64,000 nucleotides of DNA from NCBI RefSeq assembly GCF_036971445.1, contig NC_091473.1, forward strand, positions 200,818,001-200,882,000, in the 5' to 3' direction. Positions within the stretch are counted from its first letter, which is position 1, and each line of letters starts with the position of its first letter. A program made the position numbers and the translations under genes. Below the pieces are notes generated by a model, which was given only the letters and a program-made list of their open reading frames with translations, was not told the DNA's origin and did not search any database. Of this stretch, positions 24,580 to 36,569 are shown piece by piece. This DNA is from Narcine bancroftii. Its lineage: Eukaryota.

Positions 24580-27500
24580 AAAAAAACAAAAGAAACACAG
24601 GAGCTGTTAGCTCAGAAGATAGATATAATGGAAAATTATAATAGAAGAAACAATATAAAGATAGTGGGCCTTAAGGAAGATGAAGAAGGCAAAAATATGA
24701 AAGAATTTATAAAAGAATGGATCCCCAGGATCCTAGGAAGACCAGAATTACAGGAAGAAATGGAAATAGAAAGGGCACACAGAAGATTAGACCCTAAACC
24801 ACAACCACAACAAAAACCAAGATACATTCTCGTAAAATTCCTAAGATATACAACAAGAGAAAATATATTGGAGAAGGCAATGAAAAAAATAAAAGAAGAC
24901 AAAAAACCACTGGAATACAAGGGTCAAAAATTTTTTTCTATCCAGATATAAGTTTTGAACTCCTGAAGAAGAGGCAGGAGTTTAATGCAGCAAAAATGAC
25001 CCTATGGAAAAAAGGTTATAAAATTATGTTAAAATACCCACTTCTTCTTTGGCTTGGCTTCGCGGACGAAGATTTATGGAGGGGGTAAAAAGTCCACGTC
25101 AGCTGCAGGCTCGTTTGTGGCTGACAAGTCCGATGCGGGACAGGCAGACACGATTGCAGCGGTTGCAAGGGAAAATTGGTTGGTTGGGGTTGGGTGTTGG
25201 GTTTTTCCTCCTTTGCCTTTTGTCAGTGAGGTGGGCTCTGCGGTCTTCTTCAAAGGAGGTTGCTGCCCGCCAAACTGTGAGGCGCCAAGATGCACGGTTT
25301 GAGGCGTTATCAGCCCACTGGCGGTGGTCAATGTGGCAGGCACCAAGAGATTTCTTTAGGCAGTCCTTGTACCTTTTCTTTGGTGCACCTCTGTCACGGT
25401 GGCCAGTGGAGAGCTCGCCATATAACACGATCTTGGGAAGGCGATGGTCCTCCATTCTGGAGACGTGACCCATCCAGCGCAGCTGGATCTTCAGCAGGAG
25501 AGGATGGATTCCCAATAGAATTCTATAAAACATTTAAAGACTTATTAATTCCTCCCCTCCTGGAAGTAATCAACCAGATTGATAAAACACAAAACATACC
25601 AGATTCATGCAAAACAGCAATAATGACAGTAATACCAAAGACAGGGAAAGATCCACTAGCACCAGCATCATATAGACCAATATCTCTACTAAACACAGAT
25701 TATAAGATAATAGCTAAAGTATTAGCAAACAGATTGGCCGAAGATATACCAAAAATAGTAAATCTAGACCAAACTAGATTTATTAAAAAAAGACGAACAA
25801 TGGACAATATCTGTAAATTTATTAACTTAATTCATGTAGTAGAAGGAAATAAAACTCCAGCAGTAGCGGTTGCTTTAGACGCAGAGAAGGCCTTTGACAG
25901 GGTAGAATGGAATTATTTATTCAAAGTATTACAAAAATTCAGCCTACCAGAGCAATATATTAATTGGATTAAAGTATTATATAAGGGGCCATTGGTGAAA
26001 GTGACAGTAAATGGATATATATCAAAACAATTTAACTTAAGTAGATCAACAAGGCAGGGATGTCCACTATCTCCCTCACTGTTCGCGTTAGCTAGGGAAC
26101 CACTAGCAGAACTGATAAGAACAGAAAATAAAATAAGAGGGATAAAAATAAAAGCGAAGGAATATAAAATCAGCCTATTTGCAGATGACGTTATAATATA
26201 CTTAACAGAACCAGAAATATCAATAAAAGAATTACATAGGAAATTGAAGGAATATGGAGAAGTATCAGGGTACAAGATCAACACAAATAAAAGTGAAGCA
26301 ATGCCAATGAATAATGTGGATTTCACAAAGTTTAAGAAGGAATCACCATTTAGATGGCAAACACAAGCAATGCGATACCTAGGTATACAACTAAATAAAA
26401 ATCTTGGCCATCTATATAAACTAAATTATCATCCATTAATGAAAAAAATTATAAGACGACTTAGAGCATTGGAAAGACTTACCACTAACACTGATAGGAA
26501 GGATAAATTGTATTAATATGAACATTTTCCCAAGGATACAATACCTATTTCAGTCATTACCAATTCACCTAACTGAGAAATTCTTCAAGGAGCTAAAGAA
26601 AATAATAAGGAAATTCTTATGGAAAGGGGGGAAACTGAGGATAGCACTAGATAAATTAACAGAATGGTAGAAACAAGGAGCTTACAACTACCAAACTTTA
26701 AGAATTATTATAGAGCCGCACAATTAAGATACCTATCAGATTTTTATCAAACAAGGGAAAAACCAGATTGGACCAGATTAGAACTAGATAAAATAAGGGA
26801 GAAGATACCTGAACATATACTATATAAATGGGATGAAAAAATTGGTGCCACGTAGGAATTCACCAGTATTGCATCATCTGCTTAACAGTTGGAAGAAGAT
26901 TCACGTAGAAAGGAATAAAACAAATTACCAACTACCAAAACTAATATTGACGCAAAATCAACTAATCCCTTTCACAATAGATAACCTTTCCTTCAGAGAA
27001 TGGGAGAGACAAGGGATCAAAAGAATAGAAAATTGTTTTTCGGGAAATAAATTATTATCCTTTGAACAAATTAAGAATAAATATAATATAACTCACAATA
27101 CAATGTTTGCATACCACCAACTGAAAACCTACTTGAAGGACAAATTGGGAAACACACTGAAGTTACCAGAAGGAAGCAATTTTGAATATGTGATTACAGA
27201 CACAATGATAATTTAAAAATTTGAAACAAACATGTACATCAAACTGTAAGAAAAGGAGAAGGAGGAAACAAACAGTAAACCTAAACAAAAATGGGAACAA
27301 GATCTAAACATAAAGATAAAGAATGAAACATGGGAAAAGCTATGCTCCGGAACTATGAGAAATACAATAAATACGAGGTTACGCATGATACAATATAACT
27401 GGATACACAGGCTATACATCACACCTCAAAAGTTAAATAAATGGGACCCAACAGTATCAGACAGATGTTTTCGCTGTAAAAAGGAAACGGGAACAACAAT

Positions 27501-28152
27501 TCATGCAATTTGGACATGTGAGAAAGTGGAAAAATTTTGGGAAGATCTAAATCAGATATGAAACAAAATCACAAAAAGCAATATACCAAAAAACCCAGAG
27601 ATCTTCCTCCGAAGTAATATAAGAAATAAAGAATTTGGACTCGATTTGTATGGAGCACAAAAAAGATTTGTTATGAGAGCCCTAGCTGTAGCAAAAAAAA
27701 TGTATTATGTCAACCTGGAAATTAGAAGACAACTTAAGAATACAACAATGGTACATAGAAATGAATAAATGTATTCCATTAGGAAAAATAACATATAATT
27801 TAAGAAATAACATCACAATATTTGAATAAATATGGGAGCCATACATGAAATACAATTGAAGAATCCTACCATGGACTTCCACCACCTAAAATGACAGAAG
27901 GAGAAGATAATGAAAAGAACTGACTCAGTAAAATTTCTTGTTTATTTTTATAAAGTGACAACATTGTTTAACGGGTTAAATGTATCTTATAGATTGGATT
28001 TAAAATAAATGGGAAAGGGGGTGAGGGAGGGAGGGAAGGGAGGGGGAAAAAGGGGGAGAAAATGACACTGTATATATTCAAGAGAAAAAATGTCTGTATG
28101 TATCTTGGTCAATATGGTTTATAGTGTGAAAAATAAATTTTTAAAAAAAAAA
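24580..28152 (+). mobile_element. Second, 5'-truncated L1-like LINE of a different subfamily, starting in the tail of the first
   Basis: ORF1 ENYNRRNNIKIVG/IERAHR; ORF2 GEDGFPIEFYK, DAEKAFDRV, FADD, CFRC; G-rich 3' UTR; AATAAA and A tail at 28132-28152. Confidence 0.9.
25041..25496 (-). mobile_element. RTE-clade (BovB-like) LINE 3' fragment
   Basis: QLRWMGHVSRMEDHRLPKIVLYGEL...CNRCNRVCLSRIGLVSHKRAC; (gaa)n tail. Confidence 0.9.
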
Positions 28153-28239
28153 TTCGAGTTTTTCAAGTGCTACCCCAGAATTGGTAAAATCCGAATTGAC
28201 CCGATCCTCGAGCAGTCCGGATTTGAGGAATTTTACTAA

Positions 28240-28800
28240 ATGTAAACATCGATCCAACCTTGCCTTAAATATATTTACTGAGGTCACCTCCACTGCTTCA
28301 ACAGGCAGAGAATTCCATAGATTAACCACCCTTGGGAAAACCAGTTCCTCCTCATCTCCATCTAGAATCTACTACCCTGAATATTGAGGTTATGTCCCCT
28401 CATTCTAGTTTCCCCACCAATGAGAATAACTTACCCATCTCACTTATCTTTCATAATTATATTTCTTTCTGCAAACCAACCTTTTACAATTCGTGCACAA
28501 GCACTCCCAAGTCCTTCTGCACGGCAATCACTTTCCATTTAAATAATAATCTGATCTTCTGTTTTTCCTTCTAAAGTGGATGACCTCACATTTTCCAACA
28601 TTATACTCCATCTGCCAAAACTCTTGCCCACTCTTGCCAATCTATATTTCTCCACAACCTCTCTGATTCCTCTGCACAATTTCCTTTTCCACTCAGTTTA
28701 ATGTAACCAGCAAACTTTGATACATTACACTCTGTCCCCTTCCAGATCGTTCATGTATACTGTGAACAGTTTCAGGCCCAGCAACGACACTTGACTTACC
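28240..28800 (-). mobile_element. CR1 fragments (part of the duplicated ZNF unit; paralogous at 60100-60590)
   Basis: VNLWNSLP..AVE...FKARLD CR1 C-terminus; paralogue shows QGSVLGPQLF/KFAD. Confidence 0.7.
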
Positions 28801-29879
28801 TCTGCCTCTCCTGTCCACTCAACCTGCATTCTTTCATCTGTGTTTCAGCCACAGCTTTCCCATCTAAAAAATTATTGTTTTGGGTCAAATCCCCTGCCCC
28901 AGCACATCTCCCTGACATGACCTGAGTGCTCCTCCACTCAGCACACCTGACCCTACCCTGTACCATCTTCTCAGCATAGAATAAACTTCATTGTCTTTCA
29001 ATTCCTTGCCGCTCCGTGGCAGGTGGAGTAAGTCTCAGATCGAAAAACGAGGTCTTTTAACTTGCTACTTAAGTCTCAAATTTTTCTTTGAAGAACCTCA
29101 TCTTGTTTATGTTGCCAATGTTGCTGATATGAAAAACCCCACAGATCTGCCGCTATTGCTCACATCCCACATACTGTGGAAGAGAGCCCTGTGGTCCATG
29201 TATCTGAAGCCATCATACCTGCACCAGCTCCTTAGTCACATGTTTGACTGGAATGTTTTCCAATTTCTCCCCTCACTACATCACTGGTTCAGGACATCCC
29301 GAGATGACAACGCTGCATTTCTAATTTTGGATGCTGCAGACTCTACCTGCAAGATCTCATCTCTCTTCATGCCAATGCCATCAGAACCACGATCAACCAC
29401 TAACTCTGGCTGCTCCTTCTCCCTGTCCAGGATACTGGACCCTGAACCTACTGTGAAACATCCGTGAACCTGGCACCAAGGAGGCATCTCCCTTCCCCTG
29501 AGAAGGGATCTTCCCCCCAACAGGATGCCCCGGGTGTCCACGTGTGAGATGGGGACGGTGATAGGGGCCTTCTGCCCCTCCCCCAGCAAGGCGGCCCGCA
29601 CTGTGCTCCTGCCCCTCCTGTGTACGTGCACTCAGGACCTGCCCACCCGTGACGTCTCCCCTCCACACACGGAGCTCAGGGTGAGGGAACGGCATTTCGG
29701 AACGCTCGCGGGTGCAGTGATGTCAGCGCGCACAGGCCTGGGCCAGGACACGCTGTCACATGTCGGGACGGCAGCAACCCAGGAGGAGGGCGCAGGGAGC
29801 TGTCAATCAGAGGAGCGGCATCGCCCGGGTCGTCCTTGCTCATGCACAGGAGCTGCCCGAGCCCTTTCTAGGTGAAATA

Positions 29880-31120
29880 CTCCTGGAAGTCAGCCTGAAG
29901 AAAACTGAGGTCCTCCATCAGCCAGCTCCCCACCATGACTACAAGCCCCCTGGGGCCACATCTCCATCGGGCACACAAAACTCAAAACGGTCAACAAGTT
30001 TACCTACCTCAGCTGAACTATTTCATCTGATGCAAGGATCGACAACGAGATAGACAACAGACTCACCAAGGCAAATAGCGCCTTTGGAAGACTGCACAAA
30101 AGAGTCTGGAAAAACAACCACCTGAAAAAACACACAAAGATCAGCGTGTACAGAACCATGTCATACCCACGCTCCTGTTTGGCTCCAAATTATGGGTCCT
30201 CTATCAGCATCACCTACGGCTCCTAGAACGCTTCCATCAGCGCTGTCTCTGCTCCAACCTCAACATTCATTGGAGTGACTTCATCACCAACATCGAAGTA
30301 CTCGAGCTGGCAGAGTCCGCAAGCATTGAATCCACGCTGCTGAAGACCCAACTGCGCTGGGTGGGTCACGTCTCCAGAATGGAGGACCATCGCCTTCCCA
30401 AGATCGTGTTATATGGTGAGCTCTCCACTGGCCACTGAGACAGAGGTGACCAAAGAAGAGGTACAAGAAATCAGTTGACGCTTGTGAGGGGTTCGCAAAT
30501 CCAAATGAAGAGGGGAGATGTGGTTGCCCGACAAGGGACAAAGGGCAACTCAAAGAGGGGAGGGACGATTTGGGTAAAAGGAATTTTAGATATGGGAATA
30601 GTGGAAATATTTTATGTTTTAGAAATGTTGTCTTACAATGTGTTCAAAAAAAGAAAACAGAAATGGATAAGAAGGGAAGGTGGTGATGAGGAAACGGAAA
30701 GGAAAGATAAACAAAGTATGAAATGGCCATGTTGAACTATATGACTTTAAATATTAACGGAATACATAACCAAATCAAAAGGAAGAAGCTATTAAATTTA
30801 CTGAAGAAAGAAAAAATTGACATAAGAAATCTCTTGTTGCCTGCCACATTGACCACCGCCAGTGGGCTGATATGGCCTCCAACCGTGCATCTTGGCGCCT
30901 CACAGTTCGGAGGGCAGCAACCTCCTTTGAAGAAGACCGCAGAGCCCACCTCACTGACAAAAGGCAAAGGAGGAAAAACCCAACACCCAATTTTCCCTTG
31001 CAACCGCTGCAACCGTGCCTGCCAGTCCCGCATCGGACTTATCAGTCACCAACGAGCCTGCAGCAGACGTGGACATTACCCCTCCACAAATCTTCCTCCG
31101 CGAAGCCAAGCCAAAGAAGA
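29880..31120 (+). mobile_element. RTE-clade LINE fragment interrupted by an L1 internal fragment (30473-30823)
   Basis: Homologous to the RTE at 25041-25496; the insert encodes the L1 ORF2 start MAMLNYMTLNINGIHNQIKRKK. Confidence 0.85.
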
Positions 31121-31281
31121 AAACAAGATTCCTCAACAATTTTCATTGGAATCAGGAACAAGGGGGAATAAACCAGCGAGGGGTGAGGGGGATAAATAAA
31201 GAAGGGAAATGGGAGTGTGGGATAAAACTGGCCCGAAATGGGGAAATAGACGGTCGGAGTTCATGTTGAGGGTTTTCACAG

Positions 31282-31702
31282 GAAAACGGTGCCGAAAGTG
31301 AGCGGTGAAGCTGCGCTCAGTGAGTGTCGGGCGGGCGGGCTCTGGGCTCAGTGATGGACAATAAGGAGAGAGCAGATTGAGAAAGAGGGTTTAGCATCAT
31401 CCTGCTCAAACGTTGGTTCGGACTCAGCTGGAGATGTTGGCGATGGAATCCGATTTCTGCGCTCCCTCCCTCCCTCCCTCCCTCCCTCATGTTCCCGCGG
31501 CTTCAGTGGACGAGGCTCCCTTTCAAACGGACCCGCGTCTCCTCTCCCCGATCCGGTTGAGCTCCCTGTCGCCCCACCTTCCGCACAGCGACAGCAGCGC
31601 CCGGGCCAGAGGGGAGCATTAATCTCCAGTGTGGAAGCAATAAATGGGAACCTTTCCAACAGCCCTAACTCCACATTGGATGAGAACTCAGATCAATGAC
31701 GG
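31282..31702. repeat. Conserved non-coding ZNF-upstream module, copy 2
   Basis: About 6 substitutions plus a (CTCC)n length change versus copy 1; shares a further ~125 bp upstream with copy 3. Confidence 0.9.
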
Positions 31703-32082
31703 ATCTTCACTCACGTTATTCCAATTCTGTTCAATGAGGAAGCTCATGTTCTCCAAATTCAGGCAGATGACGCAGCTCCGCTGCTTGAAGGAAGGTGGGA
31801 CAGGGACGTCGAGCGGCGTGACCTCATCACGTTCGCTAACCCGATGACGCGTCGCAGAAGCCCTTGAAGTCGTTTGCAGGATATATTACGGGAATACAGC
31901 ACCAGGTCGTGGAACGGAAGAGGACGCTTCTCCCCGGGTCCCGACCCTAGCCCCAGCCTCAGTGTTCATTTAACCCGCGGCCCAGCTCTCCGAGACCCTC
32001 CATCGGGTTGAGTCCGCGCTGTGGCCCCGGGGCAGGACTGCATTGACTTATCCTCTGGTCACATCCTCTCGTCCCCACAGCG

Positions 32083-33294
32083 ATGAACTCGTTTCAATGC
32101 TCCGACTGCGGGAAGAACTCTAAAAGTCTTTGTAACCTAAAGAGACACCAGCGGGTCCACACCGGGGAGAAGCCCTTCACCTGTCCTGAGTGCAAGAAGG
32201 CCTTTGCCAGGTTGTCCAGCCTTGAGATACACCGGCGGCTCCACACCGGGGAGAAGCCCTTCACCTGCCCCAAGTGTGGGAAAGGATTTGCCCAGATCCC
32301 CAACCTGCTGAGCCACCAGCGGGTCCACACCGGGGAAAAGCCGTACGCCTGCCCCGAGTGCGAGAAGACCTTCACCAACAGGTCCAACCTTGAGGTACAC
32401 CGGCGGATCCACACCGGCGAGAGGCCCTTCACCTGCCTCAAGTGCGGCAAAGGCTTCACTGACACCTCCAGCCTGCAGAAACACCAGCGGGTCCACACCG
32501 GGGAAAAGCCATTCACCTGCCGCGAGTGCGGCAAAAGGTTCGCCCGGTCCTGCAACTTGCAGTTGCACCAGCGAGTTCACACGGGGGAAAAGCCGTTCGT
32601 CTGCCCAGAGTGCGGCAAGAGCTTTACCCAGATGTCCAATTTGCGGACTCACCAGAAGATTCACAGCAGCGACAGGCCGTTTGCCTGCCCTGAGTGTGGC
32701 AAGGGCTTCATTCTCTCCTCCCACCTGCTGACCCATCAGCGAGTCCACACCAGGGAAAGGCCATTTGTCTGCCCCCAGTGTGGAAGAGGATTTGCCCGGA
32801 CCTCCCACCTGCTGAACCACCAGCGTGTCCATTCTGGGGAGAGGCCATTTTTCTGCCTTGAGTGCGGGAAGGAATTCGCCCAGTCCTCCAGCCTTCTGAT
32901 CCACCAGCGGATTCACACTGGGGAGAGGCCATTCACCTGCTCAGTGTGTGGGAAGAGCTTTACACATTTTTCCCACCTGCAGACCCACCAGCTGCTCCAC
33001 ACTGGGGAGAGGCCATTCGTCTGCCCCGAGTGTGGGAAGAGCTTCACCCAGATCTCCAATCTGCGGACACACCAGCGGGGCCACACAGGGGAAAAGCCGT
33101 TCGCCTGCCCTGAGTGCGAGAAGGCCTTCACCAACAGGTCGAGCCTTGAAATACACCTACGGATGCACAAGGGGGAGATGCCCTTCGTCTGCTTTGAATG
33201 CGGCGAGAGATTCATTGAGTCTCGCAAGTTGAAGAGACATCAGCGGGTGCATTCTAGGGACAGGCCCGTGTGCAGCAAAGTCTTCAATGTGTGA
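32083..33294 (+). CDS. Tandem C2H2 zinc-finger protein, 403 aa, 14 fingers
   Basis: Canonical fingers and linkers; acceptor gtccccacag before cgATG; decayed fingers follow to ~33750. Confidence 0.9.
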   Translation: MNSFQCSDCGKNSKSLCNLKRHQRVHTGEKPFTCPECKKAFARLSSLEIHRRLHTGEKPFTCPKCGKGFAQIPNLLSHQRVHTGEKPYACPECEKTFTNRSNLEVHRRIHTGERPFTCLKCGKGFTDTSSLQKHQRVHTGEKPFTCRECGKRFARSCNLQLHQRVHTGEKPFVCPECGKSFTQMSNLRTHQKIHSSDRPFACPECGKGFILSSHLLTHQRVHTRERPFVCPQCGRGFARTSHLLNHQRVHSGERPFFCLECGKEFAQSSSLLIHQRIHTGERPFTCSVCGKSFTHFSHLQTHQLLHTGERPFVCPECGKSFTQISNLRTHQRGHTGEKPFACPECEKAFTNRSSLEIHLRMHKGEMPFVCFECGERFIESRKLKRHQRVHSRDRPVCSKVFNV

Positions 33295-34845
33295 TCAAAC
33301 CTGCTGACCCCCCCCTCCCGCCCAGAAGATTCACAGCAGAAACAGCCTGTTTGCCCTGAGTGTGGAAAGGACTTCATTCAGTGCTCCCAGCTGCTGATCC
33401 ACCAGTGTGTCCACCTGGTGAGAGGCCATTCATCTGCCCCAAGTGCAGGAAGGGGTTCGCCCATTCCTCCAACCTGCACATCCACCAGTGGGTCCACACT
33501 GGTGAGAGACTGTTCACCTGCTCTGACTGCAGGAAGGGCTTCACCTATTCATCCCAGGTACTAACCCACCAGCGAGTACACTCAATGTAGAGGCCATCTG
33601 TTTGGCCCAAGTGCGGAAAGGGGTTCGTTCAGTCCTCCAACCTGCTGACCCACCAGTGGGCCCACACCGGGAAGAGGCCATTCACTGCTCAGAGTGCAGG
33701 AAGAAGTTCACCCAATGGAACAGCGTGGTGAAGCACCAGCGAGGTCACACGGAAAGTTTGCAGGGTGTGGAATATTTAAACATCACTCACTCAAACACCA
33801 GGAGGGACTGAAGTCTTGTGGTTATTGAGGCAACAAATCAATACAGGTATTGGTTTTGTTGTCAATATGCAATTTGTTTTCAGGTTCAAGTTTATTGTCC
33901 CATGTACAAAGGTGCAGTGGAGAAGTTTGTTTTGGAGTAGTCCAGCTTGACATCCCGTACATCGTCCAGCAAATAAGTCACAGTGCAAGAGTGCAAGTTC
34001 CAGGGACAGATCAGTGAGTAGAAGGCAAAAGCAGCATTATCTTACAAGGGTAAGGATCATTCAAGACTCCGATTACATGGGGAAGGAACTGTCCTTTAAT
34101 CTGGTGGGGTGTGATCTCGCACTGGGGAATCTTCTCCATGGGGAGGAGGGGAGTGGGAGTGTGTTTGGGTTGGGGTGAGTCTTTTAATATGTTGGTCGCT
34201 TTTCCAAGGCAGTGGGAAGTGGAGGTGGAATGGATTCTCTCCGTCAATGTTAGTGACTCCAATTTGATATTTTTAAAAACTAACAATACTGTTGAAGGGT
34301 CTCCAGCCCATGAAACCTGTGCTGCCCAATTAACCTACCAATCATGGGGGGAATCTACAGACTCCTGTCAGACTGGACTGGATTCGAACCTAGGTCATTG
34401 GTACTGTAATAATGTTTTGTTTCCATGTCACCCAATTACAGGAATTGAATTTTATTTCCTGGATCAAAACTGAATAAAGCAGCTGTGTTTGAAAACTGTG
34501 TCTCATCCACTTGTATCTCTGTCATACACTCCATGTAGAGAACAAAGACAAGGTCATTCAGTCCATCTGGTCCCACACTGGGAGCATCCTGGTAACTCCC
34601 CCATTATCTCCATACCAGTCCCCACCCTCCTCTCTTGTGTTCATGAGCTTCCACTTCTAGACAGCTGTGCTGTTCACCTCAACGTCAGAAACGGGAGCTG
34701 GAGTTGGCCACCGAGCCCCTTGAGCCTGCTCTGCCAGTCAATAAGATCAATGCTGATCTGGCCATGGACTGAACTCCACTTACCCACCTGTTCTGTACAA
34801 GCCTTAATTCCCCAACCTGTTAAAAATCTGTGTCTTAAACACTTT

Positions 34846-35560
34846 TGTTACGGAGTCCAGAGGACCCCAAAAACCAGCAGCAATAGATATGCACCAGAAC
34901 ACAGGGTTACTTCAACAAAAGTAGTTTTTAATTATATTTGAACAAGAAAACAGAATTTAACTTTGACTTATTACTTAACGTACATACTTAACTACTTAAT
35001 CCCCCCTCCTCTAATACTAAGTGCGGGTGTGTGTAATGTATTTTTAAGATTAGAAAAGTTCTTTGGATCACAATCCAATCTCATTGGTTGTAGGCAATTC
35101 TTGTACTGTGGACAGAATTTAGCATTAACAAAGTTCACCTGTGTTTGGTGCTTAACAGGCAAATGGTTACCACTCAAGAGGGTTCTTGCTGGTTTTCAGA
35201 GAGATTTTCCTTTTTCTTCTCAATCAGTCTTGCTGATGAAACTTGCCCCTTTCAGGGTTCTCCAGATTATCTTCTTTCAGACTGCCAGTCTTCTCTGTTG
35301 ACCAAGCAGCCTTCCAAAGTTTGCCAGCTTGTCCTTCAGGAACTGATTTCCATGTCTCTCTCTGTTTTCCACCCTCCCTCTCTGAGAGCAAAACTGTTCT
35401 CCTCTGCCTGCCAAGATCACATGCTCTCCCAGGCAAGCTGCTGTCATACTTTTTTCCCCCCTGCAAAAAGTATTCTGCAAAAGTCCTGCAAATATTGTGT
35501 GTTTTAAAATGTGTGTGTGCAAGCTGCTCTAACAATTCCTCCCAAACCACCTCTATCACA
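34846..35560. mobile_element. Solo LTR (Gypsy-type)
   Basis: TG...CA ends with 4-bp TSD cttt; empty site present in the inverted paralogue at ~42695-42720; related LTR ends at 140-250. Confidence 0.85.
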
Positions 35561-36569
35561 CTTTCAACAAGGCTCCACTTCAGGAGGAAGTCAGGAGAAC
35601 ACAATCTAGTCTTCATTGAGGGCTCAGTTGCAGAGAGGAAATTCCAAGGCATCACCATCTCTGTCCTGGAGCCTCCATGTCGATGCCATCATGAAGAAGG
35701 CTCAGCAGCGGAGATACATTGTGAGGTGTTTGAGGAGATTTGGTTTGTCGCTGAAGAGTCTCGAACACTTCTACAGATGAACTGTGGAGAGCATTCTGGC
35801 TAGTTCATCACTGTCTGGTACAGAGATGCCAACGCTCAGGACAAGAAAAAACTTCAGAGGGTTGTTGTTTTCTTTTTAAAATATTTGTATTGATTTTAAA
35901 AACAATAATTGAGATACAATGAGATGATATGAATAGTTCCACCTAATTAATAAAACAATCATCACATAAAAACCAAACATAAATTGTAAACATTCATAAT
36001 TCACAATCCAGATCATATTTTTTTAAAAAGAGAAACAAAAAAGGAAAAAAAAGATTGAAGGAAAAAAAGTATGAAAATAAACCAAGCCAAAAAGAGAAAA
36101 CTCTGTCCCCTCCTTAATCGCATTGCCACGTGCTACATATGATTAGATTTAAAAGAAAAACAAAGGGAAAAATAGATTAAAAAAACATGAAAAGATGCAA
36201 ATTTGATGACATTGGAGTGAAATTATAAAGTCTGAAAGTGAGTCGTCATAAATGGAGATTCTGCACAATGCAAGAGAGTCATTGAGTTCAGTGGCCTGAA
36301 GCTGGAATAAAATATTTGGGTTTCGTGTGGAACCAGAGTTTAAAAATGTATTTAAAATAGTCACTATTATTAAAGAAAATAAGAGATTTGGAAAGATAGA
36401 ATACGTCACCTATCACTTTAATAGGTGGAGTAAATTGTGTTAAGATGAATGATTTTCCAAGAATACTTTATCTTTTTCAATTAATTCCAATTGCAATTCC
36501 TCAAAAATTTGCTCAGGAATTAAATGCTTGCATTTGGAAATATTTTATGGAAAGGAAAACTGGTCCCGG

